Positions 39,887 through 49,828 are shown, numbered from the stretch's first letter. The stretch is 64,000 nt of DNA from an uncultured Actinomycetes bacterium (GCA_963709345.1 CAVPVX010000007.1:224001-288000); one strand, 5' to 3'. Numbers and translations are program-made. The notes: generated by a model from the sequence alone, not told the origin.

Positions 39887-41415
39887 CCCTGGACTCAGCT
39901 GAAGTCATCGACGGTAACGAGACGGCCGTGCGGAAACGCACGGCCGTCTCGCTCTACGTGGGCCTCGTCTGCCTCGCGGCCGCAGCCGTCTCAGCGGCAG
40001 CCGGCTTGAGCGAGCCCGCGCCGTTCACGCTCAACATCGTGGCGTTCATGATCCTCGCCACGCTCACCGACCTCCGAGAGATCAAGCTGCCGCTGGTCGG
40101 CGATGTGACTCTGTCGTTCGTGCCGGTGCTCGCCGCCCTCGTCGCCCTCGGGCTGTGGCCGGCGATGGCGGTCGCGGCCGTCAGCGGCGTGACCGCCGCC
40201 TGGGTGACGCGCGACCCGCTCAAGATCGCCTTCAACATCGGGAACTACGTGATCTCCACCTATCTGGCCGGCCTCCTGTATCTGGCGTTGGCGCCCGAAG
40301 GCGGCGACTTCATGACCAAGGTCCTCCCCACCTTCGGAGCGACGATCGTGGACTTCGCCGTCCACACGGCGCTCCTCGCCGGCGTGATCGCCCTCTCGAC
40401 GCAGGACCACGCCGTCAAGGTGTGGCGCACCAACTACCAGTGGGCGCTGCCGGGGTATCTCGCCGGCTCGACGCTGGCCCTGCTCGTAGCGGCCCTCTAT
40501 CTCTGGCTCGGGGTGCCGGGGATGCTGCTCGGGATCCCGCCGCTCTATCTCATCTACTACTCGTACGACATCTACGTGAAACGGGCCCGGGAGCGCCAGA
40601 CATTCGACGCCGAGCGAGACGACTTCCACGAGGAGCTCGCCGCTTCGGTGCACCTGCACGACGAGCTGCGCACGACGCAGCTGAAGGTGGCCGCCGAGAT
40701 CGAGCGCGCCCGCCGTATCCAGACCGACCTCCTCCCCACCGGCACGCCCGACATCGAAGGCCTGGAACTCGACCAACGGATCGAGTTCCTCGGCGAGATG
40801 GGGGGCGACTACTACGACTACATCCCCTTCGGCGACGGCCGTCTCGCGATCGTGTGCGGCGACGTCATGGGCAAGGGCCTCGCCGCCGCCCTGATCATGG
40901 CCATGGCGCGCTCGCTGCTGCACAACGCAATTGCTCCCGACAAGAGCCCGGGCGAGATCATGGCCGAGGTGAACGACGGCCTTGCACGCGACCTCGAGGG
41001 CCAGCGCCTGCCGTACTTCCTGACGCTGGCCATCGCGGCGTACGACCCCGCCGGCCACAGCCTCGTGGTCGCCGGCGGGGGGCACAACCCGGTCCTGATC
41101 GCCGACGCCGACGGGATCCGACAGGTGCCGTCTCAGGGGGCCGCCCTCGGCGTGCGCACGGGACTCAGCTACCCTGAGGACGACATCGCCCTCGGCACGG
41201 GAGCCACGGTCGCCCTGTACACCGACGGACTGACCGAGGCGCGCAATGCCGCCGGCGAACTGTACGGCCCGGAGCGGCTCGAGGCGTCGCTCGAACGGTG
41301 TCGGACGCGGCCCGTTCGTGACACACTTGAAGACATGTGGAGCGACGTCGCCGCGTTCCGCGGCGAGAGGGTAGCAACGGACGACGCGACGCTCCTGCTC
41401 GCGCGCTTCGTTTGA
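39883..41415 (+). CDS. Membrane-bound PP2C/SpoIIE-family Ser/Thr phosphatase with multi-TM sensor domain
   Basis: GTGA overlap with the protease stop; about 7 TM helices; GGDYYD, CGDVMGKG, YTDGLTE, DDAT. Confidence 0.9.
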   Translation: MTLDSAEVIDGNETAVRKRTAVSLYVGLVCLAAAAVSAAAGLSEPAPFTLNIVAFMILATLTDLREIKLPLVGDVTLSFVPVLAALVALGLWPAMAVAAVSGVTAAWVTRDPLKIAFNIGNYVISTYLAGLLYLALAPEGGDFMTKVLPTFGATIVDFAVHTALLAGVIALSTQDHAVKVWRTNYQWALPGYLAGSTLALLVAALYLWLGVPGMLLGIPPLYLIYYSYDIYVKRARERQTFDAERDDFHEELAASVHLHDELRTTQLKVAAEIERARRIQTDLLPTGTPDIEGLELDQRIEFLGEMGGDYYDYIPFGDGRLAIVCGDVMGKGLAAALIMAMARSLLHNAIAPDKSPGEIMAEVNDGLARDLEGQRLPYFLTLAIAAYDPAGHSLVVAGGGHNPVLIADADGIRQVPSQGAALGVRTGLSYPEDDIALGTGATVALYTDGLTEARNAAGELYGPERLEASLERCRTRPVRDTLEDMWSDVAAFRGERVATDDATLLLARFV

Positions 41416-41458
41416 GGCGGCGGGACCGCTGAGCACCGAACGACAGGGGTCGCGGCAG

Positions 41459-42232
41459 ATGCCCGACACGACGGCCGGCATGCCGGCCTCTCTTCAGGTC
41501 TACCGGTACAGAGCCGGCGCCGCGCGCGTCGAGGCCGTGGTCGGCGAGATGGAGCCGGATCTCCCCCACGAAGACCTTGTCGCGCATGCCACGGAGGCGA
41601 TGACGCAGGGCACCTTCATGTGCTACGCCGTACCGCAGAGAGACGATTTCGTCGCCGACGAGATCTGCTTCATCCCCCAGGGCGACCGCTGCGACATCCT
41701 CAGCATCAAGACCAACGGCTGGCAGCGCCACCACGGCGATCACCGTCGAAGCCTCGTGGAGATCCTCAACAACATGGCCGCGGCCGTCGCCTGCGGCAAG
41801 CTCCGCATACTCGACGAAGACGAGCTCCGCGTCGAAGTGGAGCGGGGGGAGCCGGCGCTCCACTTCGACATCGACAGAACGGCCGACCTCCAGACGGCCC
41901 GGGAGGCCGTCGACGCGCTGCTGCAGGAGGCGGGTCTCGACGACATCAACCGGCAGCGCACGATCCTCTGCATCTCAGAGGCCGTGACCAACATGCTGCT
42001 GCACGGCGGCGGTCACGGCTCCATGACACTACGCACGCTCGACGACCGCCTCCGGATAGTGGTGGCCGACTCGGGTCCCGGCCTCAACTTCCTGAACTGG
42101 ATCGACCCGCCCTCCAAAGGCGGTCAGGCGTCGATGGGCTACGGCTACAAGATCATCCTCGACTACCTCGACGCCGTCGGCCTGCGCACGACCCCGGTGG
42201 GAACTACGTTACTATTGGACCGCACGATCTAA
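41459..42232 (+). CDS. Anti-sigma factor / Ser kinase (RsbW/SpoIIAB-like HATPase) with unrecognised N-terminal domain
   Basis: SEAVTNMLLHG (N box), DSGPG (G1), MGYGYKII (G2). Confidence 0.82.
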   Translation: MPDTTAGMPASLQVYRYRAGAARVEAVVGEMEPDLPHEDLVAHATEAMTQGTFMCYAVPQRDDFVADEICFIPQGDRCDILSIKTNGWQRHHGDHRRSLVEILNNMAAAVACGKLRILDEDELRVEVERGEPALHFDIDRTADLQTAREAVDALLQEAGLDDINRQRTILCISEAVTNMLLHGGGHGSMTLRTLDDRLRIVVADSGPGLNFLNWIDPPSKGGQASMGYGYKIILDYLDAVGLRTTPVGTTLLLDRTI

Positions 42233-42249
42233 CCGAAGCGGGAGATCAC

Positions 42250-42561
42250 ATGCTGCGCACATCCGTCGCCCAAGGCCCGGCGCCCACCGTCTACCTCGCC
42301 GGCGAGATGGACCTCGACTGCGCCGACGCGCTGCGTGAGGCCGTCGCCGACGCCGCGAAGGGCGCCGAGGTGGTGGCTCTCGACTTCGCGAGCGTGGAGT
42401 TCATCGACTCCTCGGGCACGGGGATCTTCGTGCGTCTGTGCCTCGACCTCAAGAGCCAAGGCACGCCGCTTGTGGCACGCAACCTCTCGCCGGCCGTGCG
42501 CGGCGTGTTCGACATGCTGCGCGTGCGCGAGCTCGTGGGCGACGAGGTCTTCCCCGGCTGA
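42250..42561 (+). CDS. STAS anti-sigma-factor antagonist (RsbV/SpoIIAA-like)
   Basis: LAGEMDL, LDFASVEFIDSSG with the phospho-acceptor Ser; GGGAG RBS. Confidence 0.9.
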   Translation: MLRTSVAQGPAPTVYLAGEMDLDCADALREAVADAAKGAEVVALDFASVEFIDSSGTGIFVRLCLDLKSQGTPLVARNLSPAVRGVFDMLRVRELVGDEVFPG

Positions 42562-42582
42562 GCGCGGAGCCGCGCTCAGCCG

Positions 42583-42879
42583 TCAGACGCGCTGCAGGGG
42601 CCCCACCCCGGCCAGCAGCACCACGGTCGCCGCGTCGACGCAGTCGCTGACACTGGCGACGCACGCGTCCCCGCTCAGGCGGTCTCCGTCACGAGTCACC
42701 ATCGTGAACGCCATCGACGACCCGGCCGCAAGATGCTCACGGAACTCATCCGGATCTGACGGGGATTCGATTCGCAAGCACCACGACGCCATCGTGCTCC
42801 CCTCACTCTGCAGGCGCGCACGGAAGAAGCCGAGTTCGCGGCGGTCGTGACTGACTCTGAGCAGTCGCCGCGCGTCCAT
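42583..42879 (-). CDS. Hypothetical protein
   Basis: 98-aa ORF with plausible composition, downstream of a same-strand ORF. Confidence 0.45.
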   Translation of the reverse strand: MDARRLLRVSHDRRELGFFRARLQSEGSTMASWCLRIESPSDPDEFREHLAAGSSMAFTMVTRDGDRLSGDACVASVSDCVDAATVVLLAGVGPLQRV

Positions 42880-42905
42880 CTACCCGCGCTTCGCGAAGAC
42901 GAGGT

Positions 42906-43361
42906 TCACCGCGCCTCGGGGTGCAGCTCGTCTTCTTCCTCGCGAAGGACGGCCTCGAAGGCGACGGCGTCACGAGACGGCTCGGCGTCCTCGTCCGCTT
43001 CGGTGACGGTCGCGCCGTCGTCCGCGATCGCGACGACCCGTTCCTCGGGCGGCCGCCGGTCCGCGAAGACCCGTTCGCCGGCCTTTGAGACAAGCACGGG
43101 CGCCGAGAAGCCGAGCAGGAGAATGCTCACGAAGACGACCACGGCGAGCCAGAACCACGAGAACGCCAGCGCCGCCACCACGGCGGCGACCACGCACACG
43201 GCCACGGCGCACACGAGGACCCAGACGGCGCCGCCGGAAAGGCGGCGCACCAGGCCGTCGGTCACGCGCGTGCCGACGAAGACGACGACCATGAAGACCG
43301 CCCAGAGAACGAGAAGCGCCGGAGCGGCGACGGAGAACGCGCTCTGTTCAGCGGCGATCAT
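42906..43361 (-). CDS. Hypothetical membrane protein (3 TM, acidic tail)
   Basis: Three hydrophobic stretches. Confidence 0.6.
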   Translation of the reverse strand: MIAAEQSAFSVAAPALLVLWAVFMVVVFVGTRVTDGLVRRLSGGAVWVLVCAVAVCVVAAVVAALAFSWFWLAVVVFVSILLLGFSAPVLVSKAGERVFADRRPPEERVVAIADDGATVTEADEDAEPSRDAVAFEAVLREEEDELHPEAR

Positions 43362-43543
43362 GAAGAGGCGTTCGCGCCGGGACGGCGCGTCCCTGCATGC
43401 CGTGGTGAGCCGCGCAGAGGCCGCCGGGTGAAGTCGGTGAGCACGCCCTCAAGGCGTGAGAGTATCGGCCCACGCGGGAGGCTCGCGTGAGACGCGAGCG
43501 ATGACCGCTCGGGTGGCCGTCTCACCGACAGATGGAGGAGCTC

Positions 43544-44089
43544 ATGGCGCGGACGTGGCTTTCGATCCAAGTCGACCTGGTGCAGGGGCATGGCCGGCAC
43601 CTCTGGCCGCGGCCGGGGCGGATCTTCGCCGCCGCCCGCTCCCATACGTTCGCGCAGCTCGCCGAGGCGATCGACGACGCGTTCGCGCGCTGGGATCGCG
43701 CCCACCTCCATGAGTTCAGCCTCGCCGATGGGACGCGCCTCACGACGCCGTACGAGGACTGGGAGGAACTCGGCCCGGTGATCGACGATCGCGCGACCAA
43801 GCTCAGCCGGCTCCAGCCGGGCGAGCAGTTCGTCTATGTATTCGACTTCGGCGACGACTGGGCTCACCTCTGCACGGTCGGCGACAGACGTATCGACCCT
43901 CTCGAGATGGTCGGGATCGTGCCCCGTGAGCCTCTCCCATATTGGGGCTGGGGCGACATCCCCGACCAGTACCGACGCCGCTGGGATGGGGACGACGGAG
44001 AGTCGGACCCGCCGCAGGATCCCGGACTCTCCGATCTGCCCGCACTGCAGCCATGGTGGGGAGTCGAGGGACCCAAACACAAGCGCTGA
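43544..44089 (+). CDS. Plasmid pRiA4b ORF-3 family protein
   Basis: TFAQLAEAIDDAF, HLHEF, YVFDFGDDWAH; GGAGGAG RBS. Confidence 0.8.
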   Translation: MARTWLSIQVDLVQGHGRHLWPRPGRIFAAARSHTFAQLAEAIDDAFARWDRAHLHEFSLADGTRLTTPYEDWEELGPVIDDRATKLSRLQPGEQFVYVFDFGDDWAHLCTVGDRRIDPLEMVGIVPREPLPYWGWGDIPDQYRRRWDGDDGESDPPQDPGLSDLPALQPWWGVEGPKHKR

Positions 44090-44210
44090 CGCAAGCTGCC
44101 GGCTCACCCTGAGAGGAATGCCAGGTCCGTCAAGGCCGTGAATGAGCGCATCCGCTCCATCCGCTTCGCTGCTGCTCGGCCCTCCCATGCGGCGCAGGCG
44201 CTGCTCCGGA

Positions 44211-44280
44211 GCCAGGCGCAGCGCCGTCTCGGCGGTCACGCGGCGCTTGCGCAGGACGATGGAGACGCTCGTCCTCGGCG
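44211..44280 (-). pseudogene. HigA-like antitoxin HTH fragment
   Basis: VSIVLRKRRVTAETALRLA resembles the HigA helix I..GKR.IT..TALRLA. Confidence 0.35.
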
Positions 44281-44441
44281 GATGGTCGGGGTCATGGGTC
44301 TGGGGAGTCCTTGCCGTCATCTTCGCGATCGTCGGCGTGGTCATCAACCTCATCCGCAAGGGAACGTTCCGCGATCTCCAGGCGACGGTCGGCGGCTGGT
44401 CATCGCTCCGCTCATGCCGCCGCCGATCCGCGAGGATCGCG

Positions 44442-45151
44442 TCACCCGAGGGCACGCCGACGGCGCTGCGGACGCTGCTGCTTCGTGTGAAAGGTGGGCA
44501 CGTTCTGGCTCGAAGCCGGAACGATGCCCGGCCGCGGGTCCGCTTGCCTTCCACAGGGCGCTTGCGGCCCAACGAAGGGCAGACCGAGAGCCGCCATTCT
44601 GCCGAAGACGGTGTCGTATCGCCCGGCCCAATGCTTGCTGCTCCGCTCACCGTATCCGTGGTAGATGTTGAGGTCGCCCGCCGCGATGACGCGATGCCCG
44701 CGCTCGCTCCCGACGAAGACCGAGAGGTCGGAGATGAGGCGGTGGACCGAGCCATCGGCGTAGATCCAGTTGCTGTGCGTCGTGCTGTGAGGCCTCTCCC
44801 AGGCTGCATACATGGACACGACCACAAGGGGGTCGCCCTCACGCGGCGTCACCAGCGCAGCGGCCAAGGTCCCCGACCGGCTCACCGCAAGGTCGCCCCC
44901 GTTGGCCTCGTCCACCGTCGAAGACTCAAGCCATGCCACCTGGACGCGGTCGGTCAACTTCACGACCGCGGTCCGCCAATGTCGTCTTCCCACGCCGGCG
45001 GTTCTCCAGGGGGCGGGATCGACCCCGACGCGTCGGGCAACGTCGCCAGCGGTTCGCAGGCCTCCTGTAGCAGGGCGATGTCGGCGTCAGTCTCGAGAAG
45101 CCGACGCCACGCCTCGTGCCGCTGAGCGATGTTCCAGGTGATGATCTTCAT
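44442..45151 (-). pseudogene. Endonuclease/exonuclease/phosphatase family, frameshifted (~45030) and 3'-truncated
   Basis: IITWNI, DIALLQEA, IAAGDLN, VPTFH present; terminal DY/SDH motifs absent. Confidence 0.7.
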
Positions 45152-45195
45152 CATGCTCCTCGCAGCCGCCGAGGCGAATGGTGTTGCCTCACCGA

Positions 45196-45687
45196 CTAGC
45201 CTCTTTGTCCGTGGGCCGATCGGCCCTCGCTCACGCCACGCATGAACTCCATGACCGCCGGCCAGTCCGGGAACCGCGACGAGCCGAAGTGGATGAACCC
45301 GTCGCCGAACGCGTCGGCGCCGTTGTTCGGCCGGTTGTCGATCATGAAGTCGCCGCGGTTGAGGTCCTTGTGATGGCTCAGGATGAGCCGCTTGTGCGCG
45401 GCCTCGCCGAGGTGCCTCTGGATCCACCTCACTTTGTCCGACCAAGCCGACGGGTTCTTCCAGGGCGCGGTGGAGAGTACGTAGGTGTCGAATCTCTCCG
45501 CCAACTCCAGATAGGCGTCGATGGCGCCCGGCATCGGGCCCATCAGCGCGAAGATGCCGGGGATCTCGTCTGCGTTGTCTGCGAACTTGTCCTGCGTCTC
45601 GGCCGCGACGCGCTCCAGTCCGGACGCGAAGTCGACGAGCACGCCGTCCATGTCGACGTAGACGATCTTCTTCTTGCGTTCCTCCAT
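45196..45687 (-). CDS. 5'(3')-deoxyribonucleotidase (NT5C, HAD family)
   Basis: YVDMDGVLVDF, PMPGA, LSTAPW, KRLILSHHK.LNRGDF.ID. Confidence 0.88.
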   Translation of the reverse strand: MEERKKKIVYVDMDGVLVDFASGLERVAAETQDKFADNADEIPGIFALMGPMPGAIDAYLELAERFDTYVLSTAPWKNPSAWSDKVRWIQRHLGEAAHKRLILSHHKDLNRGDFMIDNRPNNGADAFGDGFIHFGSSRFPDWPAVMEFMRGVSEGRSAHGQRG

Positions 45688-45788
45688 CGGCGCACCTTCC
45701 TGTCGGAGTTCTCTCAAAGCGGCTTCGAGCCGCCGGCGTCAGACTCGGCTGGCTCCCTTGTTCTCGCCGCTGGCATCAGGTGATCCGC

Positions 45789-46928
45789 TCAGGCAGAGCC
45801 GTACTGATCCAGCAGAGCGACGACCTCCGCGCGACCACGCATCTCGGCCATGTCCCTCGGCGTGTAGCCCTGCGCCTCGGGGGCCGGAGCGGCGCCTCGC
45901 TCAAGCAAAAAGCGCACAAGCTCGACGTGCCCAAGCTCGGCGGCGCGGTGCAGCGAGGTGAAGCCGCGGTCGTCACGGGCGTCAACGTCGGCGCCGTGCA
46001 CGGCCAGGAAGTCCACCTTCTCGAGGCTACCGTCTTGCACCGCGAACATCAGCGGGGTCGCGCCCTGCTCCGACTGGGCGTCAACCGGAGAGCCGAGTTC
46101 GAGGAGCAAGGCCATCATCGTCGCATCAGGCACGGCAGTGGCCCAGTGTAGCGGCGTGAGGCCGTCGGGCGCCAGGAGGTCGACGGGCACCCCGGCCGAC
46201 ACCTGAGCCTCGACCCCGGCGGCGTCGCACTCGGCGACGGCGATGTGCAGCAGCGAGTACGTGCGCAGCGGCACATCGGGATCCTGCAGGGGCACGGGAT
46301 GCGGCGTGGCGAACGACGCGCGATTGCCGAACATCGCGAAGCACCACATCGCCGCCCTGCCGGGATCCGCCTCGAGGCCCGGCGCAAGCGGAGCCGGATA
46401 CTCGCCGCGAAGCGCGTGACTCCTGAGCAGGAAGTCGAGCACGCGGCACGTCAGTTCCGGCGCCTCGTCCTCGGACGTGAACGTCCCGCGGACCGAGACC
46501 ACTGCGACGCGGTCCGCGCGCTGTTCGAGCTGTGCGATCGCGGCGACGCGCCGCTTCCATCCGCGCACGAAAAGGATCTGCCCGCCGTGGCAGAAGAGCG
46601 CCCACTTGTGTTCCATCGCCTCTGGAGTGAAGAGCACGCCGTCGGCAAGGAGACGGTCGACAGGGTAGCTGAGCTCGACCGGAACGACGCTCGTCACCGC
46701 CGGCTCCTCTCCGATGAAGCCGGCGCCGTCATCTCCCCGATAGGACACCGCGTTCGCCGCGCACTGCTGGTCGGTCGTGGTCGACATCACCGTCTGCGTG
46801 AGCGGCCGGACGTCGATGACCGGGACGCCCCACGGGTTGCGGTCGGCGTCGACCCACCCGATGTCGGAGAACTGGGAGAGGTCGGCCTCTTCGCCGGACC
46901 CTCCCGGACCGCCGCCGATCCCGGTCAC
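45789..46928 (-). CDS. Ankyrin-repeat protein with unknown N-terminal domain
   Basis: TPLHWA, TPLMFA, TSLHRA, TPRDMA; GGAGGAGG RBS before GTG. Confidence 0.85.
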   Translation of the reverse strand: MTGIGGGPGGSGEEADLSQFSDIGWVDADRNPWGVPVIDVRPLTQTVMSTTTDQQCAANAVSYRGDDGAGFIGEEPAVTSVVPVELSYPVDRLLADGVLFTPEAMEHKWALFCHGGQILFVRGWKRRVAAIAQLEQRADRVAVVSVRGTFTSEDEAPELTCRVLDFLLRSHALRGEYPAPLAPGLEADPGRAAMWCFAMFGNRASFATPHPVPLQDPDVPLRTYSLLHIAVAECDAAGVEAQVSAGVPVDLLAPDGLTPLHWATAVPDATMMALLLELGSPVDAQSEQGATPLMFAVQDGSLEKVDFLAVHGADVDARDDRGFTSLHRAAELGHVELVRFLLERGAAPAPEAQGYTPRDMAEMRGRAEVVALLDQYGSA

Positions 46929-47209
46929 GTCTCCTCCTCCCCGGCTGATCCGTCGTCCACGGGCAGCAGCCGCTCGAAGAACGCGACGGCGTGCATCATC
47001 TCGTCCATGTCGAAGACCAGGTGCGGCCGGGCGAGATAGCCGACCTGTTCGGCCAGCGGACCCTTCACGATCACCGACGCGGGCGACGTCAGCCAACTCG
47101 TCTCCCGCTCGATGAAGTCCTTGAAAGCCAGGACCTGCGGCTTTCTCGGACCGAGCAGGTCGAAGAGGGCGCCGTACATCGCGTCCAGGTTGTCGAGCGT
47201 CAGGGTCAT
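46925..47209 (-). CDS. Short hypothetical protein, possibly chimeric (HD-hydrolase-like N-terminus ending at WLTSPAS)
   Basis: Start/stop overlaps with both neighbours; the H/HD motifs expected after PAS are absent. Confidence 0.45.
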   Translation of the reverse strand: MTLTLDNLDAMYGALFDLLGPRKPQVLAFKDFIERETSWLTSPASVIVKGPLAEQVGYLARPHLVFDMDEMMHAVAFFERLLPVDDGSAGEEET

Positions 47210-48457
47210 GTGAGCGTCTTCGCGTGGTCGAGGAGCCTCACCACGTCCCGCCACTCGGGGTCGTCGTCACCGAGCTCGTCCACTTCGTCTGGGATGAGAT
47301 ACGCGACGGCGGGGCCCTTCTTGTCGTAGGGCTTCTCACCGTCCAGCCAGCGAGCGTTTGGGCCCTTGTAGCCGGCAAGCGACGCGACCGGGATCTCTCG
47401 AAGGGCCGTCGCCGGCTGCCCGTCGGTGCGCCGCTTGAGCACCAGGCCGATACCGCCTGGCTGGGGGTGGATCTGAGCGATGTTCATCTTCCTGGCGTAG
47501 CTGAGGTTCACGTACTGCGACTTGCGGCCGCGCTCCTCGAAGCCGCCGATCCGGACTATCCGATTGGCGAACGCGGCGCGATCTCCGAAGACCTCCTCGA
47601 TCGTCGCGCTCGGCTGCCACGCCGCGGCCCAGCCTTGGGTTCCTGACGGCGACGCCGACTCCCGCGGAGATGTCGCCGCGCGCGGCCGCGCCGGCGCGCG
47701 CGAGGCCGTGCGCAGATCTGACACGGCCTCGAGCCCGAGCGCCCCAAGCTGCTCGATGAGCGCCGTTTGCACGGCCGCATCGTTGGACGAGACGTGGTGC
47801 GCGCCATCGGCCGAGTACCCGACGAAGATCACGACCAGCCTCTTGCCGGCCGGCAAGTGCAGTTCCTGGCAGATCTCGAGCGCTCGCGAGATGGTCGTCG
47901 CTCCTCGCGTCCCTCGGGAGTCGTAGAACTCGACCGCCCATCCCTGCTGGAGGTCGTGCAGGGCGAGCTCGCGATACAGCTTGGAGACGTCACTCGTCCC
48001 CGTCAGCGTCCCAACACTGTGGTCCACCATCTCCGGGTCGATTACCTTGTCGAACGGCTTGTTCTTGCCGAGCTCGAACGCGAACAGGGCGGTCAGTCGT
48101 TCCGCACACCTGTCCTCAAGATCGCACGACGGAGCGGGCGGTCGGGCCAGGGCAAGGTCGAAACGGGCGCCCTCGCGCCGTCTCGCCGCCGCTGATGTAC
48201 TTCGCCACTGTGTAGTGCTCGGACTGCAGGAGTAGCGTGGGATAGCCCGTCCGCGGATCGTCGTCGTCGAGGCGATCTCCGCCATTCACGTGAAGGCGTG
48301 CGTAGAGGTAGTCGCGAATGCCCGTGTCCCCGTGAAAGCCGAACGGATGAGTCAGCAGCTTCGCGACGGTCTCCAACACGGAGGCCATGGTGATCTGTTC
48401 GCAGAAGCTCTCGAAGTCGGCGTCATCCGCCGCTTGGTTTTGGCCGTCGTCAGTCAT
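47206..48457 (-). pseudogene. Hypothetical two-domain protein, frameshift at ~48170 (possible PD-(D/E)XK-like fold)
   Basis: ORF 48116..48457 joins 47206..48285 by removing one G from GGG; ARFDLAL...FAFELG. Confidence 0.5.
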
Positions 48458-48579
48458 TGCGCGTGTCCCAAGCCGTTCCTGGTCGGGGTGTTCGATCCCG
48501 GGTCATCGTATGGGCACCTTAGCAGGGGCCTCGGACGGAGGCCTCACGAGCTGCGTGCTGCCGGCGCACGAGACTCCGG

Positions 48580-48918
48580 TCAGGCTCCCAGGATCTCGTT
48601 CAGGCCCTCGATCACCCGCGCGACCTCCTCCGGTGAGACGGCCCCGAGCTTGCGGCCGATGCGGTGCACCGAGAGCGTGCGGATCTGGCTGATCTTGATC
48701 CACGCCGGCTTGGGAAGCTGCGCGGGGCCCACCTCCAGAGTCAGGGGGAAGCCGGCTCGCGGAGGCTGAGTCGTCAACGCCACCGCGATCACCGTGCCTG
48801 AGCGCTCGTTGAAGACGTCGGCGCTCAGGATGAGGACGGGCCGCCGGCCCGCCTGCTCGTGCCCGCGCGTCGGGCTCAGATCCGCCCAGCGGACCTCGCC
48901 CCTCAGTAGTCTGGCCAC
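48580..48918 (-). CDS. mazF: PemK/MazF family toxin
   Basis: [27 protein letters not shown]...FN, QIRTLS..RI. Confidence 0.93.
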   Translation of the reverse strand: MARLLRGEVRWADLSPTRGHEQAGRRPVLILSADVFNERSGTVIAVALTTQPPRAGFPLTLEVGPAQLPKPAWIKISQIRTLSVHRIGRKLGAVSPEEVARVIEGLNEILGA

Positions 48919-49145
48919 TCGGCCAGCTCCCCACTCATGCCTTCCTCGGCGAGAGCCTGCTCGAGGCCCGGGTCGAGCTTCGCACACTCCTGCGCCAGGC
49001 GACTGTGAGCCAATCGCGAGAGCTTCTCGTCCAAGGCTTCCTGGATGGCCTGGCTACGATTGGGAAAGCGGTGCTCGGACACCAGCCTGTCAAGCGCGCC
49101 GAGCGTCTCTTCGTCGATCGTGATGGCGATCTTGGCTCGTCCCAT
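48903..49145 (-). CDS. Ribbon-helix-helix antitoxin
   Basis: [38 protein letters not shown]; overlaps the toxin start. Confidence 0.88.
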   Translation of the reverse strand: MGRAKIAITIDEETLGALDRLVSEHRFPNRSQAIQEALDEKLSRLAHSRLAQECAKLDPGLEQALAEEGMSGELAEWPDY

Positions 49146-49158
49146 GAGGTACCTCCGA

Positions 49159-49177
49159 GTATGATGATATATCATAC
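49159..49177. promoter_or_regulatory. Palindromic toxin-antitoxin autoregulatory operator
   Basis: GTATGAT-GATAT-ATCATAC directly upstream of the antitoxin RBS. Confidence 0.7.
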
Positions 49178-49678
49178 CCGCTGCGCTTTCAAGGGACCGC
49201 TGAAGCGCGACCTCTCCACCGTCATGTTCATCCGTTCGGTCCATGCGGCCTGGAGCCTAGCCGGAGTCGCCATACGGCACGACGATGACAATCAGGCAGC
49301 AGCGGTGACGTTCTGCGCCTAATCACCCCTGGCGGCAAGCGAACCGAGCAACAGCGGACTGGGCTGGTCGGAGGGGAAGGCGCAGCACAGTGATGGCGCG
49401 CGCCGCGAAGCGCTCTTGCACAGGACACCCGGCCGTCGTCGATCTACAGCTCGACGCCCGCCCGCAGCTTACGGATCACGTCCTTGAAGGTTTCCAGGTT
49501 CTCGCCGACGGCCGTCAGCGGGACGTTCGGCTCGTAGAGCGGCCACCGGTGACTTGGGCGAAGGACTGCGAGGCGCGTTTCAGCACCGCCAGCTGGCGCT
49601 CGCGCACGCTGGTGTGCAAAGCCAGCTCGGCCTTCAGCGCCTTGGCGCTGCCAAACATGCTGGATGTCGAGGGAATTG

Positions 49679-49754
49679 TGGTGGCGAGGGTCAGAATTGA
49701 ACTGACGACACCACGATTTTCAGTCGTGTGCTCTACCAACTGAGCTACCTCGCC
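49679..49754 (-). tRNA. tRNA-Phe (GAA)
   Basis: GGCGAGGTAGCTCAGTTGGTAGAGCACACGACTGAAAATCGTGGTGTCGTCAGTTCAATTCTGACCCTCGCCACCA, 76 nt, encoded CCA. Confidence 0.97.
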
Positions 49755-49828
49755 ACCGGAAGAAAGAAGCGCTCGAAAGAGCCTCGCCATGCTACCCGTG
49801 AGCCTGCGGGTGGTCAACCGGGCCGGCC

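Noticed and set aside
49200-49678. Integrase or att site beside tRNA-Phe
   Set aside because: No recombinase motifs in the short ORFs and no second copy of the tRNA 3' end found by eye
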